NCBI GenBank assembly: GCA_951406725.2 | Contig: OX597830.1 | Coordinates: 69,812,001 to 69,876,000 of the forward strand | Length of the DNA: 64,000 nt | Direction: 5' to 3' | Source of the DNA: Octopus vulgaris | Lineage: Eukaryota | The notes under the pieces: generated by a model | Seen by the model: only the letters and a program-made list of their open reading frames with translations | What the model was told of the DNA's origin: nothing | The model's database searches: none | Shown here: piece after piece, positions 13,571-27,674 of the stretch | Position numbering within the stretch: position 1 is the first letter of the stretch | Layout: every line of letters begins with the position of its first letter | Translations under genes and position numbers: made by a program

Positions 13571-14324
13571 CAAGACATGTTGTAAACAAATATCACTATC
13601 ATATGAAGTGGTGATGTTAGTGTGTAATCTTCCATTAAAAACATGTCCAGACAATGTGCTGCTTATGCTTGAAGGACTAGAGGAAATATTACCTTTCTTG
13701 CAAACAGGCGACGGTTGGGTAACAGGAAGAGTATCAGGCCATAGAAAATCTGTCTCAGCAAATTTGGTTTTACTCTTGCAAGCATGGAAAAATAGCTATT
13801 AAAATGACGGTGGTAGTGGTGGTGGTGGTGGTGGTGTGTGTGTCTTACCTCCCAACAACTGGTGTTGGTTTGTTTACATCCCTGTAATATATTGCACTTC
13901 AACAAAGATGAGATCTGTGGAATAAATACCAGGCTTAAAAAATATGTACTGGAGGTCAATTTGAGTAACTAAATCTTTCAAGATAGTACTCCAGCATGGT
14001 TGCAGTCCAATGACTAGAACAAGAATAAAAGAATAAAAGAATAATAATTCCTAAGTGTGTATTTGATAATTCTGTTATTTAGAACCTATTGCTCTGTTGT
14101 TGTTGCTCACTCATTAATACTGATTGTAGGGGTTTTTGAATTGTGAATTCCCTCTCCTTTTTTTTTTTTTTTTTTTTTTTCCTGTTTTGTACATTTATGT
14201 ACATATGTTCTGGTTTTCCTGTTGTGAAGTGTCATATGCATTTTGTCAACTTGAATCGACATTTTGTACTGGGTACCAATGCTTATCTTTCCAACTAAGA
14301 GTTGAACCATCCATGGGAGCCTTT

Positions 14325-14820
14325 ATGAAGGTGCATGGCTCAGTGGCTAGTGCATCAGGCTCATTATCATGAGGTAGTGAGTTCGATTCCCGGACTGGGC
14401 TGGGCTGGGCTGTGTGTTGTGTTCTTGGGCAACACGTTGATCAAATTCACTCGGCTGTAGAAATGAGTTGCGACGTCATTGGTACCAAGCTGTATCGATC
14501 TCTGCCTTTCCTTTGGATAACATCGGTGACATGGAGAGATAAATTTGGTGTGCATGGATGACTGCTGGGCTGTGCGTTGTGTTCTTGAGCAAGACTCTTC
14601 ATTTTCGCATTGCTCTAGTTCACTCAGCTATAGAAATGAGTTTCAATGTCACTGGTGCCAAGCTGTATTGGCCTTTGCCTTTCCCTTGGATAACATCCAT
14701 GACAAGGAGAGGGGAGGCTTATATGCATGGGCGACTGCTGGTCTTCCGTAAACAACCTTGTTTGGACTTGTGCCTCAGAGGGGAACTTTCTAGATGCAAT
14801 CCCATGGTCATAAATCAGTG
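14325..14820 (+). mobile_element. tRNA-derived SINE with internal ~165-bp duplication
   Basis: A box (tggctcagtgg) and B box (gttcgattcc). The body ctgggctgtg.gttgtgttcttg.gcaa...cttggataacatc is present twice. A related copy lies at 31737-31990. Confidence 0.7.
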
Positions 14821-15060
14821 AGCACTAGATGAATTCCATCTATTTGTCTGTCTGTCTTTCTGTCATTCCACTTAACCATCCTTCCATTCACCCACTTTTG
14901 TGCATTTGTCCAGATATCTTTACATACAAAAGTTGGTTGAGCATATGGACAAAAGTGGAAAAAACTTGGAAGAGCAATGGAGTGAATCAGCTTTGAATAC
15001 ATAAATAAACTTTACTACTTACATATTGAGAGCTGTCCTTTGCTACTTACACACAGCCTG

Positions 15061-15126
<66 letters not shown>

Positions 15127-15221
15127 ATGTATGAGTGTATGTATGTATGTATATATATATATATATATTATTTAATGTAATATACTGTATATATATATAC
15201 ATGCATACAGTGTGATATATG

Positions 15222-15260
<39 letters not shown>

Positions 15261-15666
15261 CATACAATGTAATATATGATACATTACATATAAATATATA
15301 TATACACTCACATGTATATATATATATATATATATTATATGTTATATATGTGTGTGTATATCTATATATATCTTTGCAAGTAGTATGACAAATAAAGAGT
15401 ACTTAATACATTAAATAGAGTAAATATTTTATATTTTATTAAAAAAAAGTTGACTCTTTCCCATTACTTCACGATTAACACATTTTTCAGATGGTGTGTG
15501 TGTGTGTGTGTATGTGTGTGTATATATAACACCCACACACATGTATAATATAATTTATATAGTTGAATTATGAAAAAAAAAAAAAAAAAAAAAGAAGAAA
15601 CGGCTATAGAGTAGATGAAAGCTAAGTAAGTATTCCAGTCCATTTAAAGTACCATTATCTTTTTAG

Positions 15667-15691
15667 AATTCTCCTCTCGGTTGCTGATCAG
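15667..15691 (+). other. Candidate 25-nt cassette exon or recursive splice site in the COPZ intron
   Basis: ttatctttttag|AATTCTCCTCTCGGTTGCTGATCAG|gtgagt: near-consensus acceptor and donor inside a non-repetitive island. Confidence 0.45.
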
Positions 15692-15894
15692 GTGAGTGTA
15701 TCAGTGTGCCTGGTTCTGCTGCTGTGCTCCCTTCCAACTACTCGCATGTGTTGTCAGTAAGGCTCACACACTGCAGTTTGAGTTTCACTTCAGCAAACAG
15801 CCATAAACACTCTGGCTTAACAAACATTTTCCTCTTTGTTTTTTTGTTGGTGGTTAAAACTTAATTACTAATACCAATCATTGTCTGTTTATAT

Positions 15895-15932
<38 letters not shown>

Positions 15933-16366
15933 CATGTATGTATGATGAAGTGTTGTTTCCAACTGACAGAACTTATCTGTCACACGTTCCAGTCATTTGG
16001 TTGTGGCCTTGCTGATGCACCTCCTTAAAGGGATTTAGTTGAAGAAATCAGTCCCATGACATACTTTGTAAGCCTAGTACTTATTCTATTGATCTCTTTT
16101 GCTGAACCACTATGTTACAAGGATGTAAACACACCAATATCAGTTGTCAAGTGATCGTGGAGTGCAAACACATACACAAGGACTCACACGTACACACACA
16201 CACACACAATGGGCTTCTTTCAGTTTCCATCTACCAAATCCACTCACAAGGCTTTGGTTGACCTGAGGCTATAGTAGAAGACACTTGCCCAAGGTGCCAT
16301 GTGGTTGGGAAGCAAGCTTCTTACCATACATCACACCTGTGCCTATATATATATGTATATATATAT

Positions 16367-16562
16367 ATATTTTATAATTACGAGTATAATTATAATTAGG
16401 GTTCAGCAAAGATTTGCTTTACCACATACCAAAGTTTAGAAATAGCAGCCAAGGAACCTTAGCTATTTTTTCTACTTTTGGCTGCTATTTCTAAACTTCG
16501 GTATATGGTAAAGCAAATCTTTGCAAACCCTAATTATAATTATACTCGTAATTATAAAATAT
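16367..16562. repeat. Near-perfect inverted repeat (~85-bp arms), MITE-like
   Basis: attttataattacgagtataattataattagggtt...tagaaatagcagccaa, a short spacer, then its reverse complement ttggctgctatttcta...aaccctaattataattatactcgtaattataaaat. Confidence 0.85.
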
Positions 16563-17349
16563 TGTTTAAGTTTACCGAAAAATGGACCTTTTTCATGCCA
16601 AATTTTACTTGGTGGAATTATTAATTACTAGTTAATTAATTAATTTTACCCTTTATTATTATATGTGTATATATATATATATATATCGTCTTTGGATTTG
16701 GTTATATATATATGCTAGATCAATTTGTGCGTGGTGCAGCCTTCTGGCTTGCCAGCTGTCAGTCAAACCGTCTAACCCATGGAAAGCGAACTTTAAACGA
16801 CGATGATGATGATCTTGATCACACACACAGACACAATAACAGTTTGACTTGGCACCATCCAACTTAAAGTTTCATATACCTAGCTTTCCAGGTTCAGGCA
16901 GCCGAAATACATATATATTAAGGGTGGCAAGCGGGTAGAATCATTAGCAGGCCGGGTGAAATGCTTAGCGGTATTTCATCTGCTGTTACGTTGTTCTGAG
17001 TTCAAATTCCACCGAGGTTGACTTTGCCTTTCATCCTTTCGGGGTCGCTTAATTAAGTACCAGTTATGCACTGAGTTCGATGTAATCGACTTAATCCCTT
17101 CGTCCGTCTTTGTTTGCCTCCTCTATGTTTAGGCCCCCTGTGAGCAATAAATAAATAAATAAATATATATATATACACTCTATGTAAAGATATCAGTGTA
17201 TACATATATGCACATACATATACATATGTTTGTATGTGTGTGTATGTAGAGCAAGTTGAGGGACTGTCTTCTATTATTTCTGAGCTGTGCAATGCCTTGT
17301 GGGTGTATTTTGTAGATTGAAACTGAGTGACTTTCGTAGGTAGTGCCAC

Positions 17350-17386
<37 letters not shown>

Positions 17387-17548
17387 AACTTGCTTCCTCA
17401 CCATGTGGTCTCAGGTTCAGTCCTGCAGTGCAGTATCTTGGGTAAGTGCCTTCTACTATAGCCCTGGCCTGGCCAAAGCCTTGAGAATAGATTTGCTGGA
17501 TGGAAACTGATAGAAGCCCGCTGTGTGTATGTAATATGTATAATATGC

Positions 17549-17624
<76 letters not shown>

Positions 17625-17679
17625 ATATATATATACGCACACGCACACACATATATACATTGTCTGTATGTCTGTGCGT

Positions 17680-17926
17680 GCACACCTTTCGATGCAATGT
17701 ATGTCAGAAGGTTTGCAAACCTAACGGAGGCCTCAAAAGACATTTTAAGATCCACAAAGATCAGAACTTATCTGTAACTCTTGGTGGTCCAATTCGGATA
17801 TGCAATCTATGTGGGTGTCTTTTCCGAACATTGTCTGGTTTAAAAAGCCCCATCAGATGCCATGATGGTTTTAAGGCGTAGGATACAGGAGGTGGTCAAA
17901 CTGTGCGTAAGGAGTAGACAACCACC
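17680..17926 (+). mobile_element. 3' end of an RTE-type LINE with two C2H2 zinc fingers
   Basis: HTFRCNVCQKVCKPNGGLKRHFKIH...ICNLCGCLFRTLSGLKSPIRCH, then a short 3' UTR (ggaggtggtcaaact..gcgtaaggagtagacaacc) and a microsatellite tail. The second finger has lost a His and there are no TGEKP linkers. Confidence 0.6.
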
Positions 17927-17975
<49 letters not shown>

Positions 17976-18552
17976 TACATATACATATATACACAACCAA
18001 TAACACACAACATCCATGCACTCATACATCTGGTATACACAACCATACACTCACTGGCTTCGTTTCTGTCAGTTTCCAAATGCCCACAAAGATCACTTGA
18101 CACCAAGGTGCCACTAGCTTCCTGTCCAGCCATGCAGACAAAGAAATTCTCCTTTCTAATGCATCTGGAGTTGCTGAAATGCCTATCTCACTTATAACGA
18201 CAACATGTAACCTGTCTTGACCGATAGCTGCCCATTTTCCTGCAGCCATCATGGACTTCCTATATTTATTCATTCAGTAACCTGAACTGGGTTTTCGTTA
18301 GAAGCCTGCGAAACTTTATGTTGCATGGAGCTGAATCAAACTGTTTTAAATAATATGTTAACTCTTACTAAGTGTGTTGAGTGCCTTTTTCTTTTCTTTT
18401 CTTTTCTTTTGTTTGTCCACTTGTGTGTGTGTGTGTATAATTACACACAACACAAACACACACACACACACATATTAGCAATATAAGCAGTCTTTGCAAT
18501 GAATATTAATTTGCACATCGAAGTTAAGTTGGATGTTCAAATTTATATTATG

Positions 18553-18583
<31 letters not shown>

Positions 18584-18692
18584 TATTTATTTGTTTATTC
18601 ATCATATATATATGATATATATATATATATATATATCCACCATATCCAACCCATGCTAGCATGGAGAACGGACGTTAAACGACGATGATGTG

Positions 18693-18993
<301 letters not shown>

Positions 18994-19653
18994 CATATAT
19001 ATGGAGAGAGAGAGAGAAAGAAAGATGGAGAATCAGAGAGGAAAAGAGACAGACCATATACAAGGTATTAAATAGATTTGCGAGCTTCTTGAAGAGTTAA
19101 ATTTTAATGCTACCTCACACCCTATGTATGTATATAACTGACCATGCACATCGATTATACATTACACACACACACACATACACACACACGTGGTTGTTTG
19201 TGTTTGCGTGCGTGTGTTAAAATTTTCGTGTGCATACGAGGACAGTTACCTAACGCACCAAAGTGCATATGAATTAATTAATCCTATATGAGAATGTGAG
19301 TGAATCTAGCATTGCTTTGAAATAAGTATGGGCTTTTAACCTCTAAAGAAAACATACTGGTAGGGGCTGGGGGGGGGGGGGGCAGATTGTAATTACAACT
19401 TAGTTGGGTCTAGGTCTTATTAGATTGAAAGGGGTCACGAGCATACATCTTCTCTGTGTCAGGCAGTGTGTGTATGTATGTATATATATATCAATTAATG
19501 CCCACATTAAAAACATATCTGATGGTGTAGATATGACAATTACCGTTTGAGGGCAAATTATATAGCCCACCATGGGGCATATATGAATTAAGTATCAGTA
19601 CATGAGAGAGTATTTTTAGGCTCTTTACTCACTCTGAATGAATGTTTCTATCT

Positions 19654-19684
<31 letters not shown>

Positions 19685-19785
19685 ACTCTTCATCTCTCTG
19701 TCCCTATATATAGATGTACATACATACACATATATATTATATGTATTTCTACATATATATACATATATGTATATATACATATATG

Positions 19786-19831
<46 letters not shown>

Positions 19832-20219
19832 CATATACATATAGTGTGTTATATATTTTATATATAGTATATAATACAATATATGTATATGTATTATATA
19901 TATATACATACATATATATATGCATATATATTATATACATAGTATATATATATTATATACATATTCTATACATATATACATAGTATATATATATTATATA
20001 CATAGTATATATATATTATATACACATTATATATATTATATTAGTACATTATATACATTATATTAGTCCAACCCATGCTAGCATGGAAAACGGACGCTAA
20101 ACGATGATGATGATGATGATATATAAATATATATATATACACATTATATATATATATTATATACACATTATATATATATATTACATATATATTATATATA
20201 TATAAATATATATATATAT

Positions 20220-20258
<39 letters not shown>

Positions 20259-20299
20259 ATATATATATTACATATATATTATATACACATTATATATAT

Positions 20300-20332
<33 letters not shown>

Positions 20333-20900
20333 CGTGCATCTGTGTATACATACACATACATGTAAATGTTCATTTATTCGTTTTACCTCCATTTTCCTAT
20401 GCTGGCATTTGTTGGAAGGCTACTTATTTGTGGTAGTAGTTTTATGACTGGATGATCTTCCTCTCTCCAACTCTTACCTGTTCAACTAGTGAGAGATATG
20501 TTTAAACCTCTACATTAAAAGAGCTGAATTTTGTGACATAATGTTTACTGCAAAGTAAGCAAAATGGCACCTGTTTTATTTTTCAATTAGACAATCTCAT
20601 ATAAAGAGCAGAAATGAAGACTCTGGCTTGTACACAGACACGCACACACACACACACACATACATGCTCATATATTTATGAATTTACATATGATGGGCTT
20701 CCATCCAGTTTCCATCTACACATTCACTTTCACTCATAAGGAATTTGTTGGCCAGAAGCAGTAGCAGAAGGCACCTGCTGAAGTTGTTGAGAAATGTATA
20801 TGCATCTGCTTGCATATCTGTGTGTGTGTGTCTGTGTATATTTGTATGTATGTATGTATGTATGTATGTGCATGAGGGATATGGTTGTGTGGTATGTGTA

Positions 20901-20936
<36 letters not shown>

Positions 20937-21469
20937 GTTAGGAAGGGCATCCAGCTGTAGAAACACTGCCAGATCTGACTGGCCTGGTGCAGCCTTCGGG
21001 CTTCCCAGACTCCAGTTGAACCGTCCAACCCATGCTAGCATGGAAGGCGGACGTCAAACGATGATGATGATAATGATATATATATTTGAAAAAATGGATA
21101 TGGCTTTTAGGGGGAGAGTTTTTATTCTAATGATAATATTTACAGTAAATCGAAGGGTGTGAAGCCACTGCACGGCTTAACCTGTATGCAGAGCATGGCG
21201 GTTGCTGCAACAGCCTGTACGCATCAGTCTCAGTCCAATATTTGCCAAAGGCTGACAGTATTGTCGGGGGGGGGGGGGGGCGGGGCAGTGTCAAGCATGG
21301 GTGCGCCACCCTGGACTGTTTGAACTAAAGCCGGTGGCACAGGGCCACTGTGGCTACCGAATTACCGAATACTATTTTTGGGCCTGATGCCCAGGTGCGA
21401 AATGCGATGTTTGTGCATATGCATATATATATGTGTGTATATATATATATATTATATGTAGTGCAATAA

Positions 21470-21710
21470 ATATGAGAAATGTCAAGCTCGTTAAGTTATA
21501 TGCATTGCTATATGATGGTGCACTGAAATTCATCCCATTGAACCATTTGTGCATTGATCATTATTTGCAAACAGACACTGGAGTGAAACCGGGTTATGTC
21601 TTAACACTTATCCTTTTTTGTGATTTGTGCCTCAGTGTTATATTTAAAGTAGCTTTCATTGGACATAAATGATACGGATTATAGTGATGATACAGCTACT
21701 TTGTTTTATT
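21470..21710 (+). mobile_element. Degraded reverse transcriptase fragment (RTE-like)
   Basis: KLVKLYALLYDG...TGVKPGYVLTLILF...DTDYSDD resembles RT motifs GVRQGCVLSPLLF and YADD. Confidence 0.55.
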
Positions 21711-22490
21711 TTGTGATAGTTTTAGTATATCATATCAAGTGTGGAAAATGTCACACAATACATTCTGTGAAGTGGTCAGCATTAAGAAAGGCATCTGGCT
21801 GTAGAAACCATGTCACAGCAGGACATTGGAGTATGATGCTGTCCTCCAACTCAGTGGATCCTATCGAACTGACCAACTCATGCCAGATTGGAAGATAGAC
21901 ATTGAATGATGATGATGATGATGATGATGTATCTGAACTCTGATATCAAGTGGAGCATTAAACACTTTTAGTGTGTTAATTATCGGCTCCAATTCTCTGA
22001 AGCTTCTAGATTTAATGCGTGTTATAAATGGATTGGCTACTTGTTTCTTGGGAATTGGTCAAGTGATGAAGAACCTTCTGATGAGACCGTAATAAAGGTT
22101 GAATATTATGTGAGGCTGTTTGTCATGTTTTTTCTTTTCCAGTCTATGGAAAAATAGGTAAAAATCGACATGTTTGTGTCTGCTATGTAAGTTTATATGT
22201 GTGTGTGTATGTTTATGCACACATGTGTCTTTTGTGAATGATTACTGGGGTAATGTTTGTGTGGCAGACATTGAATTATCTCTGTGTTGCAAGGGTGGCG
22301 ATTTTTGTACAATTGCTGTATTGTTACTCTTGTATTACTGGTATGTTGTTTTAGTTCCTCAAATGTATTATGCCTTTGCCACAGTTCTCTTAGATATATC
22401 CCACAGATGTATTATTTCTTTGCCACATATCTATTACATTCGCCATATCTATTGCATTAAAAGTTATAACTGAGGTCAGTCAGTATAAAT

Positions 22491-23031
22491 CAGGGGTCAC
22501 CAAACTATGGCTTGCGGGCTGGATCCAACCTGCGAGGTCAGTTTATCTGGCCTGCTGCTGCACTGTACCTTTTGTGTAAGTACCTGCAATGAAAGTTCAT
22601 TTGCCTCTGGTATGGCATCAGTGTTTGGAGCAACTTATGTCTGTGAGCAAACATTTTCAAAAGTGAAGAATGTGAAGTCAGCACATCGAATGAGGTTGAC
22701 CGATGAACATTTGAAAGCAATTCTTCTTGGTAGGATGCAGCAATTCCAAAGCAAATATTGATGATATCTTAAAAGCTAAATACCAGTTTCATAAATCTCA
22801 CTAACCATTTTTGCTGCTTAGTTTGTGAGATTCGGATATGTGCACACTGGCTGTGATATAACTATCTTATTGCTAATGTCGCCTTCATTGATAACTTTTT
22901 GGTAAATAGATATGTTGGTTGTCTTTATTTTTTGTGTATTCACTATATTGTATTCAATAATTTGGTTATGTGACCTGTGCTTGTCACTCTCAGTTATCTG
23001 GCCTGCCGTGAAAAAAAATTGGTGACCCTTG
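22491..23031 (+). mobile_element. Internally deleted hAT (Charlie/SPIN group) transposon
   Basis: TIRs caggggtcaccaa...ttggtgacccttg; 8-bp TSD gtataaat/ttataaat; retains dimerisation-domain peptide SVFGATYVCEQTFSKVKNVKSAHRMRLTDEHLKAILL. Confidence 0.9.
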
Positions 23032-23269
23032 TTATAAATGAAAGCCAACAGATTTTCATTTTTCTTTGTTACTTCATTGTTAGGCAAATCCCTTCAACTT
23101 GTAGATTATTTTTGCATCTTGGTGATGACATGTTTTGAAAGCTATCTTTGTTTTTCCTCACTGTGTTGAATATATTTACCCTTCAAATTCCAGTGGTTTG
23201 AAATACTTTTTAATTCCCAGTTCAGTGTGGTTTTCATGTTAATAACCCAGACAATATTTCTAATCCACA

Positions 23270-23314
<45 letters not shown>

Positions 23315-23316
<2 letters not shown>

Positions 23317-23835
23317 TGAAAAACTGAATCACAAATTATTGCAACTCAGATTCAAGCTGTTAGAACAAATTTTTTGAAGACAAAGATTAATAAAACTCAG
23401 ACAGCAAATTCCAAATGTGCAGAAATGTGTACAAAAGATCAACTCTCTTCTGTGTGAGTGCAGTAAGCTAGCACAAAAAGAGTAGAAATGCAAGCATGAT
23501 CCTTTTGGTAAAAAAATGTATTAGGATGTTAGCCAAGTTTGTAGGTTTGAAATGATGAGTAATAAGTGTGGCAGGAAGAAAGAAAAAACAGTGAAAGATA
23601 AAAATGATTTTGCAATTCCATGATAACAGAGTGGATGTTAAAGAAAATTGAGGAATATCAGAGCCTACCAGAAAGTTGAAGAGATTGCGTAACACGTGAA
23701 TGAAAATTGTTCCTGTACTAATTGTTGTATTCAGCACAATGCCCAAACTGAGGCTGAAGAATATTAAAATTGAGACCTGCATAAATGTTTGATCTGTATT
23801 CTGGAAGAATCATGGGGAAGATTCTTGAGATTTGA
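23315..23835 (+). mobile_element. Degraded R4/Dong-like non-LTR retrotransposon C-terminal region
   Basis: KTESQIIATQIQAVRTNFLKTKINKTQ..SKC resembles the TESLLIAAQDQALRTN..K.KI...SKC motif; many stops. Confidence 0.6.
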
Positions 23836-24139
23836 GGAAGCTTGTGAGCTAAATTAGCATGGAATAGCTTGTAATAATATTGGTTTTGAATTTTGGTAGA
23901 AGACCAGTAATTTTAGAGAAAGGAGTTTGTCAATTATGTTGATTCCAATGCTCGACTGGTACTTATTTTATCAACCCTGAAAGAATAAAAAAGTACGCTT
24001 GACTTTGTGAGAATTTGAACCGAGAACATAGAATCACAGGAAATACTGCTGTGCAATTTATCCAACATGTTAATGTTTCTGCCAGCTTGCTACCTTTATA
24101 ATGTTAATAATGATGATGATAATAATAATAATAATAATT

Positions 24140-24620
24140 TCTTTATTCGTACATGTAGTGTAAGTGATAGTCTGCAGGTTTTGCTCCCCGAACACCAAAT
24201 CACTATCCTTGTCCTCAGATATTCAGCGCATAACTTAAAGGTTTTTGCCTTCCCTAGAAGACATACTTTCTGAAGTGTCACAAAGTTTACTGCCATGCTG
24301 ATCATAAAAAGCCATTTGGTAATATTCTCAGATACTGTGACAAGTGATCTTATTTTAATAGGAATTACTGTTATATCTCTGTGGATCCAAAGCCTTTTTA
24401 ATCCCCCACTTTCAGTCCTGGCATTTATCGATCTTGTTTTCTTTCTCTTTCATTCTGTTGTTGAAAGAGTAGGTTGCATTTATTGCCTTACAACTTCCAG
24501 CATCTTTCTCTGACGCAACAATATGTGGTCTTGAAATTTTCAGTTCTTTGTCTGGATTTCAAATCCCATAAAATTTTCACTTTATTTTTGACAACTTTCA
24601 CTGGTCTGTGTTCATGGCAT
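24140..24620 (-). mobile_element. Degraded R4/Dong-like non-LTR 3' end with (TTA/TCA)n tail
   Basis: Minus-strand fragments KVKILWD, LKRLW...VIPIKI.SL.TV and LQKVCLLGKAK match the RLE C-terminus. Confidence 0.6.
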
Positions 24621-25630
24621 TTTTCTGGATATTCTCTACAGGTGCCACCTCACCTCCTAGCCGCATTCAGTACACTGTGTAACGTGGTTGGCATTAAGAA
24701 TAGGAACCATGCCAAAGCTACGACACTGGAGCTCACTGGGGCAAGATGCAGCCTTTTGACTTGGTGGATCCTGTCAAAAAGGACCAGCCAGTGTCAACAT
24801 GGGAAGTAGATGTGAAAAGGATGATATATTACACATATATATAATCATCATGTGTATGTATGTATGTATGGATTAAAGTAAAAATGAAAAAAGCTAAACT
24901 ATTGGCATCACTTAAAAAAGACATTTAATTTAGATAGAGAATATGTATGTAAAAACATACTTGTGTGTGTGTCTGTATGTATATATATGTATATATATAT
25001 ATATATATATCACATACACACACAGACACGAATGGATGTGTGTGTATATAACTCAGAACACCTTGTGTTCATAAAAGCATTGTCTTTTTGATAACATTGT
25101 TTTCTCTGTGATTAAGCCAGTATCACTTGTCTTAATTTTTTTTTTTACTTTGTGTCTAGCATGTTGTTTTGGTTCTTTGTTTTTTTTTTAATAATTATTT
25201 GATGTTCTTTCTGTGGTTTTATTCGGCTTTTTTTTTTTTCACTTTCTGTCTATCAATTTCACTTGTAATTAAAGAAACTTTTTCTTTCTTTTTTTTTTTA
25301 TACTTTATGAATTTTCTTACCTTTTTTTTTTCTTTTATTTTTATTACAATATAGTCATAACTTTGGTTTGTTTGATTTTATTTCTTTTCAGATGATATCC
25401 AGTCTCTCTACCCCCACCCTCGCTTATACACTTTTCAATAATGTTGATTTTTATGTTATAATTTTTTCCCATGGGTTTCCCCTTAAAGCCTCATTAATAC
25501 TCTGCTATTGTTTTTCCATTACTATTTCGTTTACCTTCTATCGTTTAGAGCCAAATGTTTGTATATCTGTGTATATATATGTGTGTGTATATGTATGTGT
25601 TGATCTCTCTCTATATGTATGTGTGTTTAA

Positions 25631-25677
<47 letters not shown>

Positions 25678-26313
25678 AGTGGCGACTCCAGCACTCGGGC
25701 TGCTTGGGCTTAGCCTGAGTATAAATTTAGTAAAGTGAACGTGTATTTGCAAGCTGATATAATTTCTGCCAACACTGACTTCAAGTATGAAATTGGAGCC
25801 AATAACTCGGGACCCCTTTTACTGAGCCTGGTCGCAGTTCATTTCTTTTCGTTCAGCATCTGGTGGTCGTCTTAGAGGTGGCCTGTGTCAAAAAATATCA
25901 TTCGTGGCAGATGTTCTCTCGACATTGTTCACACACGCCTGACTCGGGCTCAAAAGTTACAGCCCCGAGTTGTTATCTATAAGCATAAAAATTAAAAGCA
26001 ATTCGAATCCAGTGTTTTCTTGAAGCAATAAATTTCTATAGAGATTAGGATTTAAATTCCAATCTATGAAAAGTTTCCGTTCGACAATATTCTTAAAGGA
26101 ACAAAAAATTATCCAGCAACTCGGGCTAATATGGACGAGCCTAGTAGGTGGAAAAGACTAATCGGCATACCTTGTCGAGAGTACAGGGCATAATCAGATC
26201 GCTGATGTTTATTGTGCACTCCATACATATACATGTATGTAAGTATGTGTGTGTATATATATGTGTATATATATATATATATAGTCATGTATGTATGTAT
26301 GTATATGTGTGTG

Positions 26314-26365
<52 letters not shown>

Positions 26366-26491
26366 TAGAAATTTCTGCCGGCTTACTTCGAGGCACATGC
26401 TTATAGTGATAAATTATATGGTTATTGACAATTTGTCTATTTTCGGCATATTTGGCATTAGAGTTTTTTTCTTTTGCCCGTGTTTATAAGT

Positions 26492-26539
<48 letters not shown>

Positions 26540-26877
26540 TTGCATAGTAAGTGAGGTACATTATCGTTGTTATTCAGTATTTCATTTGCTAGTCACAGTA
26601 TCATTGTTGTTGAACTTCATTAATCCTGATCAAGCTGACCCATGGTCAAAGACATTCCATCAATGACCATTCTGTTTTCTCCATTCAGACACTGTGTGTA
26701 TCTAGGACTACATTATTCAATGTGTCCTTTCCCTTTTTAAAAGACTGTAGCATGGTTTTTGAGGGAGATTTAGGTGCTGTTCTTAGCTGATAGAATGACT
26801 GTACAAATTTTCCATCTTAGCGTGTCTTTTTTATACATATATTTATCTATTAGTTTTCTTATTCAGATCAAACAATA

Positions 26878-26932
<55 letters not shown>

Positions 26933-27627
26933 CATACACACACACACATATCCATTTTCTCTGCCTACTATTTATGGTAGAGTTCTATCGGTATGCCACG
27001 TACCACTCATTTCAATCACATTTTGTTTTTTAAAAAAAGCATACTTTTGTTTCATTCACTGGTTTTTGAACAATCTTCATTATTTCACATTTATCTTAAA
27101 GTACAAAAAAAAAAAAAAAAAAAATCCTGTTTCAACACCCTCTGAAATGTCTCTATTAAAAGATGTTAATACTTCAAAGAACAAAGAAGAGCTGGCTGGT
27201 GATAGATCATTGACTTACGCCTACTGAAGACAGCTCCAAATTCCTTACTGTGTGACTTAATTGAATTACCTTCAAAATAGAATTTCAGTGAACACACATA
27301 TACACACACCTACGACTAACATAATTTTCTTTCCCTTGACCATAACTTGTACCACACCTAAATTTTCTCACTGCCTGCCTGCCTAACTACCACAATAACA
27401 CAGACAAATCTGTGTTGCTATGCTAACAACCAACTCTTCAATTTGCTTTGACATGGGTTAGGCTTTCCTTATCAAAGGTTATTGTCTTTACCAAGCAGCT
27501 ACCGGTATTTCTATTGTCATGTATATTTTCGATTCCCTTTGCTTACTGTCACCGGGTGCAACAGCACCTCTTGCACAGCACATGCACTTCACATTCCATT
27601 AACGGGGTTCTTTGTTTCTTTATTACC

Positions 27628-27674
<47 letters not shown>

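Noticed and set aside
17680-17881. Member of the expanded cephalopod C2H2 zinc-finger gene family
   Set aside because: Only two fingers, no TGEKP linkers, one His lost, no splice sites; embedded in microsatellite with a LINE-type 3' end.
25676-26200. hAT-like transposon 5' fragment
   Set aside because: It starts with a CAG-type end, but no matching second TIR or recognisable transposase motif could be confirmed.
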